Assembly: GCA_033721115.1 (NCBI GenBank)
Contig: JAWWBD010000001.1
Coordinates: 1 to 38,619 of the forward strand
Source of the DNA: Woeseiaceae bacterium
GTDB lineage: Bacteria > Pseudomonadota > Gammaproteobacteria > Steroidobacterales > Woeseiaceae
Length of the DNA: 38,619 bases
Reading direction: 5' to 3'
The translations under genes were made by a program, and so were the position numbers. This document shows, in pieces, positions 8,270 through 16,801 of the stretch (position 1 is the first letter of the stretch; each line of letters opens with the position of its first letter). The notes beneath the pieces were generated by a model. It searched no databases. It had not been told where the DNA came from and saw only the letters and a list, made by a program, of their open reading frames with translations.

Positions 8270-9042
8270 TCGAAGCTCGCCGCGATTTCCTGTTTTTTCT
8301 TCGGATGGGTGTAGAAAGGCACACGCTTCAGCCACAACCTGAACGCCTGCCAGTATATCGCGGTGATCACCTTCATGGTCATGAGAGGAAACCGGAGCAA
8401 AACGCCGGCGAGGGCCGGCCCGGTAATCTCGGTGCGCGTCAGCGTCATGGCGGCATCGAAGAATCGCCTGCCGCCCTGCGAATTCGCCATGTAGACGGTC
8501 AGGCGTTCGGCCGGGTCGGCCAGCACCCAGTCGTATTCCACGTCCATCGGCATGAAGGGCGACACGTGCATTTTCTTCGCCGGCCGGAAGTGCCAGGCGC
8601 GCCGGGTCTCATGCGCGGCGTTGCAGGGCAGCACGTAGGTATCCTGCTCGCCCCAAGGCGTGTTGTTGACCTCGGCGACGATGGTCTCGACGGTTTCGCC
8701 GTCTTCCGCGAAACAGTAGTAGAAGCTGACCGGGTTGAAGCCGTAGCCGAAGTAGGAAAGGTTGGTCAGCAACCGGATCGGACCGCGGGGCCGGCGGCCC
8801 GTCTCGAGCGCGACGAGATCGCGCACGGCGTCGGCGAGCGGACGGTCGGGCGGCCCCAGGTGATCCTCCCGCCGAAACCGCGCGAGCGCGCGCCGTTCCG
8901 CCGACCAGAACCAGCGTCCCGCGAACAGCCCGGGCAGTTCATCGAGGTCGAGGTACATCATGAACAGCCGGTAGCTGAAGCTGTGCAGCGCCGGGCGCGT
9001 TCGCGTGTGCCTAACCCGCCCTTCGTAGATGCAGCTTTTCAT
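8266..9042 (-). CDS. DUF1365-family protein
   Basis: The N-terminus MKSCIYEGRVRHTRTRPALHSFSYRLFMMYLDLDEL is the characteristic DUF1365 signature. The gene sits between an FAD oxidoreductase and a cfa-like gene, as in conserved photolyase-linked clusters. Confidence 0.8.
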   Translation of the reverse strand: MKSCIYEGRVRHTRTRPALHSFSYRLFMMYLDLDELPGLFAGRWFWSAERRALARFRREDHLGPPDRPLADAVRDLVALETGRRPRGPIRLLTNLSYFGYGFNPVSFYYCFAEDGETVETIVAEVNNTPWGEQDTYVLPCNAAHETRRAWHFRPAKKMHVSPFMPMDVEYDWVLADPAERLTVYMANSQGGRRFFDAAMTLTRTEITGPALAGVLLRFPLMTMKVITAIYWQAFRLWLKRVPFYTHPKKKQEIAASFE

Positions 9043-10285
9043 TCTCGACTCGTTCCTCGAAGTGACGTACCGCCTCCAGGGCGCTCACGACGCCGTCTTC
9101 GTGGAAGCCGTTGCGCCAGTAGGCTCCACAATAGAACGTGCGGCCGCAGTTCAGTTCCGCCTGGCGGGCCTGCGCGCGAACCGCCTCGCTGGAGTAGACG
9201 GGGTGCTCGTAGCGCACGCGGCGGATGATCCGGTCGGGGCGGATCCGCTGATCGTTGTTGAGCGTCACGAGGTACTGCTCGCGCGCATCGAGCCCCTGCA
9301 GGATATTCATGTTGTAAGTCACGGCGACATGGCGCTGCGGGTTCGCCGGAATGTGGTAATTCCATGCCGCCCAGGCGCGGCGTTCGGCCGGCATCAGGCG
9401 CGTATCCGTGTGCAGGATCGCCTCGTTTTCCTGGTACGGGATGGCACCCAGCACCTCGCGTTCCGCGGCCGTCGGGTCGGCGAGCATTGCGAGTGCCTGG
9501 TCGCTGTGACAGGCGAGGAAAACGTAGTCGAACAGCTCCGCGCCCCCCGAGCGCGAACGGATCTCGACCTTGTCGTCGATGCGCCGAACCGACTGCACCG
9601 GGCTCGAGAGCCGGATCCGGTCGCGGTGCCCGCGGACCAGCTTGTCGACGTATTCCCGCGAACCGCCCTTGATCACGCGCCACACGGGCCGGTCGTTGAT
9701 CTGCAGGAGCCCGTGATTGGCGAAGAACCGGACCAGGAATCCGACCGGCATCTCGAGCACCGCCACCGGTTCGGCGGACCAGATTGCTGCAACCATTGGC
9801 ACGAGGTAATGGTCGAGGAACTCGCGACTGTAGCCGTGCCGGAGCAGGTAGGCGCCGACCGTCACGCTCTCCTCACCGCCGTCCAGTGCTCGCTCGGCCT
9901 CGCGATTGAAGCGCAGGATGTCGCGGATCATCCGGTAGAAAGGCGGGCGCAGAATGTTGCGCCGCTGAGCGAACAACGCATTGAGCGACGCCCCGTTGTA
10001 TTCGAGACCGGACGACTCGGCCTGCACGCTGAAGCTCATCTCGCTCGGCTGCCAGGCCTGGCCGATTTCCTCCAGCAGCGCATTGAACTGCGGATAGGTC
10101 CGGTCGTTGAACACGATGAAACCGGTATCGACGCCGATGCGGCGCCCGTCCTCGTAGACGTCGACCGTATTCGTGTGACCGCCGACGTAAGCCGCAGACT
10201 CGAACACGGTGATATCGTGCTCGTGCCTGAGTTTCCAGGCGGCGACGTTGCCCGCGATGCCCGTACCGACGATCGCGACCTTCAC
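9011..10285 (-). CDS. NAD(P)/FAD-dependent oxidoreductase (amine-oxidase / phytoene-desaturase-like)
   Basis: It has an N-terminal Rossmann motif, MKVAIVGTGIAGNVAAWKL...VFESAAYVGGHTNT. The GTG start at 10285 overlaps the lipocalin stop (GTGA), and the 3' end overlaps the DUF1365 start by 32 nt. Confidence 0.8.
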   Translation of the reverse strand: MKVAIVGTGIAGNVAAWKLRHEHDITVFESAAYVGGHTNTVDVYEDGRRIGVDTGFIVFNDRTYPQFNALLEEIGQAWQPSEMSFSVQAESSGLEYNGASLNALFAQRRNILRPPFYRMIRDILRFNREAERALDGGEESVTVGAYLLRHGYSREFLDHYLVPMVAAIWSAEPVAVLEMPVGFLVRFFANHGLLQINDRPVWRVIKGGSREYVDKLVRGHRDRIRLSSPVQSVRRIDDKVEIRSRSGGAELFDYVFLACHSDQALAMLADPTAAEREVLGAIPYQENEAILHTDTRLMPAERRAWAAWNYHIPANPQRHVAVTYNMNILQGLDAREQYLVTLNNDQRIRPDRIIRRVRYEHPVYSSEAVRAQARQAELNCGRTFYCGAYWRNGFHEDGVVSALEAVRHFEERVENEKLHLRRAG

Positions 10286-10839
10286 GAATCGGACTCCCGG
10301 TTTTCGGGCCAGCGCTGCGGGACAGGCTCGATCTTCGACGTGTCGTAGCCCAGTGACCCCGCGAATTCGACGAGGCGTCGGAAATCCGCTTCCGGGATCT
10401 CGGGCGTCCGTGCCATGATCCAGATGAAGTCGCGTTTCTTGCGACCGATGATCGTCTGCGTATAGCTCTCGTCGAGGTAGACGATCCGGTAGTCGCCCTT
10501 GATCGGCCAGATGAACTGCATGCCCCAGAGCGCGTTCGTCTCCTCGTCGCGGATGAAGCCTTTCGGGTTGTACTCCTTGACCTCGCCGTCGAAGCTGTCC
10601 TCCCGGAACCGGAAGGTCGTGGCAACCGTGCCGTCGGGATTCAGCTCGTAGGTCTCGACCGCGTTGTGGGCGCCTTTCTCGACGAAGGTCGGAATGTTCG
10701 CGATGACGTACCAGTCGCCCATGAAGCGCTCGAGGTCCACGTAGTCGACCGTGTCCATGGGCGGGTGCCTGGTTGCGCAGCCGGCGAGCGAGAACAGGGC
10801 GACGAAGAGCAGCGGCAGGCGCAGGTCAGGCCGGTACAT
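10282..10839 (-). CDS. blc: bacterial lipocalin (Blc-like outer-membrane lipoprotein)
   Basis: A lipobox (LFSLAGC) follows the signal peptide, and the lipocalin signature DLERFMGDWYVIANIP is present. Length is 185 aa. Confidence 0.8.
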   Translation of the reverse strand: MYRPDLRLPLLFVALFSLAGCATRHPPMDTVDYVDLERFMGDWYVIANIPTFVEKGAHNAVETYELNPDGTVATTFRFREDSFDGEVKEYNPKGFIRDEETNALWGMQFIWPIKGDYRIVYLDESYTQTIIGRKKRDFIWIMARTPEIPEADFRRLVEFAGSLGYDTSKIEPVPQRWPENRESDS

Positions 10840-11485
10840 ACTTGAGGACCTTGTCGCCGTCGGCGACCGACTCGAGACCGAGCCAGCGGCGGTCTTTTGC
10901 CGCGTACCAGACGGTCAGCTCCACGCCCTCGGCGGTGATCCGGTACGGCTGCGCGGGAATCTGCCTGCCCCGGATCTCGAACGGCTGATCCGGCAGCGCC
11001 TCGACCGTCACTTCCAGGTATTCGCCCGTCTGCGGGTTCAGGAGCCGCTGCTCTTTCAGGAAGTCGGGGTTCCAGTAGGCAAAAGACATCACGCAGGCAG
11101 GCAGTTCCTCCCTGCCGCCCGGCTTCACGACCTCGAAACCGTCGCCGGTCTTTTCGCCGGACGCGCGAATGCGCTCACCGTTGTCGTAAGTCTGTGCGTC
11201 GAACTCGAGCAGGCAATTGTCGGCCCAGCGCTCGGAATTCTCGTGCTCGTAGCGATAGGCCGGAATGAACAGCACCTTGTATACGAATTCCGCTTCGCTC
11301 CTCACGACTTTCTGCTCGCCACGTGCCGTCACCTCGAAAGTGTGACGGCCGAGCTTCTTGTCGCCGAGATAGACGTTGAAGTCGTAGCGCGCTACGGCAG
11401 CGCTGTCGCCGGTTGCGCCAGCGGTCGTGGCAAGCAGTGCCGCGAGGGCGGCGGCAGCCAGGCCGCGAAGAAATTTCCTGTTCAC
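10826..11485 (-). CDS. periplasmic hypothetical protein (DUF3108/DUF6134-like, tentative)
   Basis: I set the start at GTG 11485, with GGAGG 7 nt upstream. The start overlaps the stop of the upstream gene (GTGA). The signal peptide reads VNRKFLRGLAAAALAALLATTAGA, and the mature part is beta-rich. The listed 374-aa ORF extends upstream through shadow sequence. Confidence 0.6.
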   Translation of the reverse strand: MNRKFLRGLAAAALAALLATTAGATGDSAAVARYDFNVYLGDKKLGRHTFEVTARGEQKVVRSEAEFVYKVLFIPAYRYEHENSERWADNCLLEFDAQTYDNGERIRASGEKTGDGFEVVKPGGREELPACVMSFAYWNPDFLKEQRLLNPQTGEYLEVTVEALPDQPFEIRGRQIPAQPYRITAEGVELTVWYAAKDRRWLGLESVADGDKVLKYVPA

Positions 11486-12027
11486 GATCTCGCCTCCACA
11501 GTATTGGTTCGGGTGTGCGACATCCCGTCGAAGGTCTCTGAAAGCCTGAGCAGTACGGGCATGATGACGGCCCAGCCGATTGCCAGGGCGAGCAGTGCGG
11601 CCGTCTCGTTGACGAGCGAGATGCCGCCGAGTTTCTGCCCGGCAAGATAGGTCAGCGGGCCGCCGAAGAATCCGAAAGCGGCTGCCAGGGCGTCCCTGCC
11701 CCGCAGCCAGCGCAGCGACACGTTCAGCGTCGTTGCGAAAAGCATCCACATCGTGATGATCCAGTACGGCGCCAGCGACTCGCTGAAGAGACCCGACGAA
11801 TACTCGACCCAGCCGGACGAGACCAGCAGGCTGTCGAAAATGGCGCCGATCATCGCGCAGCTCACGATCAGCATCAGTTCCTGCATCGGGCGCCGCGCAT
11901 GGTAGAAGTGGATCGCGAGCGCTACGAGTGCCGCGAGGGGGCCGAGCCACGGCATCTCGCGGGCTGCGCCGATCACCGAGGAGAACCAGCCCAGCTGGAA
12001 GACGACGAAATTCAGGATCAAAAGCAT
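11482..12027 (-). CDS. DUF2878-like integral membrane protein
   Basis: I set the start at ATG 12027, 1 nt after the stop of the upstream methyltransferase gene. The 181-aa product has about 5 hydrophobic helices (MLLILNFVVFQLGWFSSVIGA...). It is a typical companion of cfa-like genes in this cluster type. Confidence 0.65.
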   Translation of the reverse strand: MLLILNFVVFQLGWFSSVIGAAREMPWLGPLAALVALAIHFYHARRPMQELMLIVSCAMIGAIFDSLLVSSGWVEYSSGLFSESLAPYWIITMWMLFATTLNVSLRWLRGRDALAAAFGFFGGPLTYLAGQKLGGISLVNETAALLALAIGWAVIMPVLLRLSETFDGMSHTRTNTVEARS

Positions 12028-12028
12028 G

Positions 12029-13078
12029 TCAATCACCGCGGGGTCCGAACAGGTAATGGCCGACGTACCACTCGCTGCCACCCTGGAAGTCGAAAAGTTC
12101 GGCACAGGCCATGAAGAAAATCCGCCAGCGCTGCCACCAGAGGGCGGCATTGTCTTCTCCGTAGCAATCCGCCAGCACCGGCATGATCCGGTCGCGGCCT
12201 GCATCCATCCTGTCCAGCCAGGCATTGCAGGTTCGCGCGTAATGGCGGCCGTTCCAGTGCCAGCGGCGCTCGATCGCGAGGTCGTCCGGAAACCGCAAGG
12301 GCAGGCCGGCGCTCGGCATGATGCCGCCGGAGAAGAAAAAGCGGCTCATCCAGTCGGTCGGCCCGCGGTCGATGAACTCGTACGGCGTGCTGCGGTGACA
12401 GAAGACGTGCATGAAAAAACGGCCATCGGGCTCGAGCCAGGTGCGGATGCGCCGGAACAGCTCACCGTAGTTGCGCATGTGCTCGAACATCTCGACAGAC
12501 ACGATCCGGTCGAATCGGCCGGGCGCCTCGAAGTCGTTCATGTCGCAGACCAGGACCTCGATGTTGTCGAGGCCGCGCTCCTCGGCGCGGGCCTCGATGA
12601 AGTCCCGCTGCGATCGCGAGTTTGAAACCGACACGACTTCGGAGCCGGGATAGCGCTCGGCGATCCACAGCGACAGGGATCCCCAGCCGCAGCCCATGTC
12701 GAGCACGCGCATCCCGTCCTCTATGCCGGCCCGCTCGCAAGTCGTGCCGAGCGCGGCACGCTCGGCCTCGCTCAGCGTCTCGACGCCTGCGGGCCAGAAA
12801 CAGCAGCTGTATTTCAGGTGGTCGCCCATGACTTCCCGAAAGAAGGCCGCGGGAACTTCGTAATGCTGTTCGTTGGCCAGCTCGGGCACCAGCGCGACCG
12901 GCGCTTCGTTCATCATTGCGACGAAATCGTTTTCGGTGCGCGCGGCTTGCTCGATGTCGCCGGCGCGGATCTCTCGGCGCTTCGATTCGAGCAGGCGGCG
13001 GATGCCGGCCCGGATCACCTTGTCCGGCACCAGCCCGGTTTCAGTCCAGCTCACTGCTTTTGCGGCTACGGCGCTCAT
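12029..13078 (-). CDS. second Cfa/CMAS-family SAM-dependent methyltransferase
   Basis: It carries the motifs VLDMGCGWGSL, FDRIVSVEMFEHM and FFMACAELF. I prefer the start at ATG 13078 because GGAGGGG lies 3 nt upstream. The listed start at 13096 is possible. Confidence 0.8.
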   Translation of the reverse strand: MSAVAAKAVSWTETGLVPDKVIRAGIRRLLESKRREIRAGDIEQAARTENDFVAMMNEAPVALVPELANEQHYEVPAAFFREVMGDHLKYSCCFWPAGVETLSEAERAALGTTCERAGIEDGMRVLDMGCGWGSLSLWIAERYPGSEVVSVSNSRSQRDFIEARAEERGLDNIEVLVCDMNDFEAPGRFDRIVSVEMFEHMRNYGELFRRIRTWLEPDGRFFMHVFCHRSTPYEFIDRGPTDWMSRFFFSGGIMPSAGLPLRFPDDLAIERRWHWNGRHYARTCNAWLDRMDAGRDRIMPVLADCYGEDNAALWWQRWRIFFMACAELFDFQGGSEWYVGHYLFGPRGD

Positions 13079-13225
13079 CAGCCCCTCCGAAATCATCTGG
13101 CGGCGACTCTATACAACGTCCGGGAGCCCAACAATGAAGCGGCAGGCCTTGTTACATTCCCTTACAACTCGTCGCATTTCGGGTGCCTAGAATGCGGGCG
13201 CTGAAACAATTTCGGGTCCGAATCC
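13079..13225. promoter_or_regulatory. divergent promoter region between the lipid-modification operon and the photolyase gene
   Basis: This is the only non-coding DNA between two divergent transcription units, and it is relatively A/T-rich. A candidate -10 for phr is TAGAAT at 13188-13193. A candidate -10 for the operon is TATAGA (reverse complement of 13108-13113). TACAAC occurs at 13112 and 13164, and TTACA occurs twice 10 bp apart (13152, 13162). Confidence 0.4.
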
Positions 13226-14590
13226 ATGTCTCCAATCATCGTCTGGCTGCGCCGGAATCTCCGCTTGCGCGACAATCCGGCCTTCGAGCGTGCTGCCGCG
13301 AGCGGCCGGCCGGTGATCCCGGTCTACGTGGCGGGCGACCCGGATACCGGCGGCGCGAGCCGCTGGTGGCTGCATCACAGCCTCGTGGCGCTCGACGAGT
13401 CCCTGTCGGCCCTCGGCGGCCGGCTGCTCGTGATCGAGGGCGATCCCGCCGTCGAACTTGCACGAATCGCCGCGGGCACGGGGGCGCGTGAACTCTGCTA
13501 CGTGAGGCGCTACGAGCCCGCCGCCCGGGCCGAGGAGGCGGCGGTCGAACGAGCACTGGACGAGCAGGTCAGCCTGCGGGCGTTCGACGACGCGCTCCTT
13601 CATCATCCCGACACGGTCCTGGCGGCGAGCGGTGCACCTTACCGCGTTTTCACGCCCTACTGGCGTCGTGCCACCGCACTCGGCGGCCCGGCGGCTCCGG
13701 CGACCGGCCTGCCGCGGGTCGATTTCGCCGCCCACGGCCTCGAGTCGGTGCCGATCGCGGCGCTCGGGCTCACACCGGCAGCACCGGACTGGGCCGGCGG
13801 CCTGCGGAAAACCTGGGCGCCGGGCGAAGCAAGCGCGCTGGCGCGCCTCGATGCGCTCGGCACCGTGGCGGAACACTATCGCGAAGATCGTGACCGGCCC
13901 GACCGCGACGCGACGACGCGGCTGTCGCCGCATCTTGCTTTCGGCGAGGTGAGCGTGCGGCAGGTCTGGGCCGCCGTCGCGGCGGCACGGCGCGACGGCA
14001 TGCCCGGCGCCAGTGCCGAAGCCGTGCTCCGGCAGCTCTACTGGCGGGACTTCAGCCACTACCTGCTCCATCACTTCCCGGCGCTGCCCGAACGACCGCT
14101 CCGGCCCGAATTCGAGCATTTCCCCTGGATCGACGACCCCGAGCTGCTCGCAACCTGGCAGCGTGGGCGGACCGGCTACCCAATCGTCGATGCGGGCATG
14201 CGCGAGCTGTGGCACACGGGGTGGATGCACAACCGCGTGCGCATGATCGTCGCCTCGTTCCTCGTGAAAGACCTGATGATCCCGTGGCAGCGAGGCGCCG
14301 AGTGGTTCCTCGATACGCTCGTCGACGCGAACCTCGCCAACAACTCGGCGAGCTGGCAGTGGGTCGCCGGCTGCGGCACCGACGCCGCGCCCTATTTCAG
14401 GATCTTCAACCCGGCGCGCCAGGCGGAGAAGTTCGACCCGGAAGGCCGCTACGTGCGCCGCTGGGTGCCCGAGGCAGGCACGGCCCGCTACCCGGCGCCG
14501 GTCGTGGACCACGCGCAGGCGCGCCGGCGCGCGCTCGAGGCCTACGAGATCATGCGCGGGACGGCCAGGGCCGGTCGCTCCCCCGACTGA
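13226..14590 (+). CDS. phrB: deoxyribodipyrimidine photolyase (class I CPD photolyase / cryptochrome family)
   Basis: The N-terminus is IVWLRRNLRLRDNPAF. FAD-binding domain motifs are present: TSRLSPHLAFGEVS, YWRDF, TGYPIVDAGMRELWHTGWMHNRVRMIVASFL, NNSASWQWVAGCG and PYFRIFNP. Confidence 0.9.
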   Translation: MSPIIVWLRRNLRLRDNPAFERAAASGRPVIPVYVAGDPDTGGASRWWLHHSLVALDESLSALGGRLLVIEGDPAVELARIAAGTGARELCYVRRYEPAARAEEAAVERALDEQVSLRAFDDALLHHPDTVLAASGAPYRVFTPYWRRATALGGPAAPATGLPRVDFAAHGLESVPIAALGLTPAAPDWAGGLRKTWAPGEASALARLDALGTVAEHYREDRDRPDRDATTRLSPHLAFGEVSVRQVWAAVAAARRDGMPGASAEAVLRQLYWRDFSHYLLHHFPALPERPLRPEFEHFPWIDDPELLATWQRGRTGYPIVDAGMRELWHTGWMHNRVRMIVASFLVKDLMIPWQRGAEWFLDTLVDANLANNSASWQWVAGCGTDAAPYFRIFNPARQAEKFDPEGRYVRRWVPEAGTARYPAPVVDHAQARRRALEAYEIMRGTARAGRSPD

Positions 14591-14617
14591 GCGCCGGCGC
14601 AGCGCATACGGCGCCGT

Positions 14618-15955
14618 TCAGCCGAGGGGGATCCGGACCTCGAAACACGCACCCGGCTCGTCGGTCTCGACGAGCGTCAGCGTGCCGTCATGGGCCCGCG
14701 CAACCAGGGTCGCCAGGTACAGGCCGAGCCCGGTACCGCCGGACTGCCGCGCGCGCGAGGGGTCGCCGCGATAGAAGGGTTCGCCGATCCGGCTCGCCTG
14801 TTCGGGCGGAATGCCCGGGCCGCGGTCGCGGACGCGGAACACGAGATCGCCGCCATCGCAGGCGTACTCGAGCTCCACCGGTCCGTCGCCGGCAGTGGAA
14901 TAGCGCAACGCATTGCTCAGCAGGTTTTTCAGGAGCAGCGTGATACGTGCTTCGTCGAGGCTCGCGACCAGCGGCTCGGGCGGGCCGCTGACCCGGATCC
15001 GGTCGCGTTCACGATCGAAGAAGTCGTCGATCAGCTCGGCGACGAGTTCACCCACCGTCACCCGGGTGCGAGCCAGCTGCGCATGACGCACATTGAGCCG
15101 CTCCGCTTCGAGCAGCGCGGCGACGATCTTCTCCATTTCGACGATTTCGGCCTTGAGCGCCTCGCGGTTTTCGTCGTCCTCGACGAATTCGAGCTGCAGC
15201 CGCATCCTGGACAGCGGGGTTCGGAGCTCGTGACTGATGCCGAGCAGGAGCGCGCGCTTGGCATCGAGCATCCGCTCGACGTCGCCGGCCAGCTCGTTGA
15301 TGTCCGTTGCGAGGTCCCCGAGCTGGTCGTGGCGGATCGCGGTGATGCGATGATCGAAATTGCCGCGGCCGATGTGCGCGGCGCCGACCCGGATCGCCTT
15401 GATGGGCTTGAACAGCCAGCGCACGGCCATGTAGGCGAGCAGCAGGAACGTCAGGCCCATGATGATGACCTGGTTGACGAGGTCCGGGCTGTCGTCGACG
15501 TCTGCGATGCGGGGCGTCGAAACGACGATGTCGTAATCGCCCTGCTGCATGCGCAGGAACGCGTGCGTGGCGCTGCGCGCGAAGTCGATGCCCCGGAGTT
15601 CGTCGACCCAGGCGCCCGGGTCATCGCTGAACAGCGGGCTGGGACCGAATTCGAGCTCCTCGACGCGCGGGAAATACGGGTCGGACGCCCAGTCGATGCT
15701 GGGACCGAGGATCCGGATGTCGACCGGTACGTTGCGCGTGATGCGCAGCGCCCGGTCGATGCGCGGCGGCGTGCCGATGTCTTCACGCACGTAATGCACG
15801 TGCAGCGACAGGTGGCCGCTTATCAGGCCGCGAATCTCGTCGCTGTTGTAGAACCGCTGGACCGCCTTGTAGGTGCCGAAGACGAACAGCGCGCCGAGGA
15901 GGAGGAAGATCGCCAGCAGCCGGAAGGAGAGCGACCGGGACAGCCGGCTAATCAT
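14618..15955 (-). CDS. sensor histidine kinase (two TM segments, HAMP, HisKA, HATPase_c)
   Basis: It has the H-box ISHELRTPLSRM, the N-box LLSNALRYS, and G-boxes VRDRGPGIP and GGTGLGLYL. A periplasmic loop lies between two hydrophobic segments. The start overlaps the response-regulator stop by 8 nt. Confidence 0.9.
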   Translation of the reverse strand: MISRLSRSLSFRLLAIFLLLGALFVFGTYKAVQRFYNSDEIRGLISGHLSLHVHYVREDIGTPPRIDRALRITRNVPVDIRILGPSIDWASDPYFPRVEELEFGPSPLFSDDPGAWVDELRGIDFARSATHAFLRMQQGDYDIVVSTPRIADVDDSPDLVNQVIIMGLTFLLLAYMAVRWLFKPIKAIRVGAAHIGRGNFDHRITAIRHDQLGDLATDINELAGDVERMLDAKRALLLGISHELRTPLSRMRLQLEFVEDDENREALKAEIVEMEKIVAALLEAERLNVRHAQLARTRVTVGELVAELIDDFFDRERDRIRVSGPPEPLVASLDEARITLLLKNLLSNALRYSTAGDGPVELEYACDGGDLVFRVRDRGPGIPPEQASRIGEPFYRGDPSRARQSGGTGLGLYLATLVARAHDGTLTLVETDEPGACFEVRIPLG

Positions 15956-16643
15956 CAGTCACGGGTACGCCTATGAACGAGTAGCCGCGGCCCCAGATGG
16001 TCTGGATGAACCGGGGCGGCTTGACCGAGTCGCCGAGTTTCTGCCGCAGCCGGCTGATCATGATGTCCACGGACCGGGTGAGGATTGCGGCATCGATGCC
16101 GCGCAGCTCGCTCAGGATGTCGTCCCGTGACAGCTTGCGCCCGTGACGCCGCGCGAGGATGAGGAGCAATTCGTATTCCATCGACGTAAGGTCGACCGGC
16201 TGGTCGTCGACGCTGACCGACCGCGTCTCGGTGTCGATCTCGAGTCCCTCGAACAGCATCTTGCCGGCGCTGGCCCCGGCCGTCTCGGCGCGGCGGAGGA
16301 TCGCCTGCACGCGGGCAACCAGTTCGCGCGGCTCGAAAGGCTTGCCGACGTAGTCGTCGGCGCCCAGCTCGAGACCCGATACGCGGTCGATGACGTCCCC
16401 GCGGGCGGTCAGCATGATGATCGGCAGGTTGCTGGTCTTGCGCACCTCCCGGCAGATCTCGAAGCCGTCCTTGCCCGGCAGCATCACGTCCAGCAGCAGG
16501 AGGTCGGGATCTTCACGGCGCAGCTTCTTCATGCCTTCCTTGGCATCGAGCGCGCACACGAGATTGATGCCGAAACGCTTGAAATAGGCCTGCAGCAGGT
16601 CGGAGTGCTTCTTGTCATCGTCGATGAGGAGAACCTTGGTCAT
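15948..16643 (-). CDS. OmpR/PhoB-family response regulator
   Basis: I moved the start to ATG 16643 (MTKVLLIDDD...). The receiver domain shows LLLDVMLPGKDG. The winged-helix output domain shows ...LTSMEYELLLIL...FIQTIWGRGYSF. Confidence 0.9.
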   Translation of the reverse strand: MTKVLLIDDDKKHSDLLQAYFKRFGINLVCALDAKEGMKKLRREDPDLLLLDVMLPGKDGFEICREVRKTSNLPIIMLTARGDVIDRVSGLELGADDYVGKPFEPRELVARVQAILRRAETAGASAGKMLFEGLEIDTETRSVSVDDQPVDLTSMEYELLLILARRHGRKLSRDDILSELRGIDAAILTRSVDIMISRLRQKLGDSVKPPRFIQTIWGRGYSFIGVPVTDD

Positions 16644-16695
16644 GGCGCCATGATACTCCCGGGAGCCGCCGCGCGCTCGCCTGCTCCAAACGCCC

Positions 16696-16732
16696 GAAAC
16701 AATTGGAAACATCCTGATACGGCGATGAAATC
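16696..16732. promoter_or_regulatory. phased direct repeats (GAAACA-N4-GAAACA plus a degenerate GAAATC); candidate response-regulator box
   Basis: GAAACA lies at 16696-16701 and again exactly 10 bp later at 16706-16711. GAAATC lies at 16727-16732, 21 bp (about two helical turns) after the second repeat. The repeats sit in the divergent region between the OmpR-type regulator and the DUF4397 gene. OmpR/PhoB regulators bind direct repeats with about 10-11 bp phasing. Confidence 0.3.
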
Positions 16733-16801
16733 CATCGTATCCGGGGGTCTGGGAGTATTTCGTTCGTCTTCAAAACACGCTTTCCGCAAGGAGCACGGAA
16801 C

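Noticed and set aside
6803-8314. 503-aa plus-strand ORF
   Set aside because: It is antisense to the cfa-like gene and has no motifs. It is a shadow ORF.
13187-14512. 441-aa minus-strand ORF
   Set aside because: It is antisense to the photolyase gene, which has unmistakable family motifs. It is a shadow ORF.
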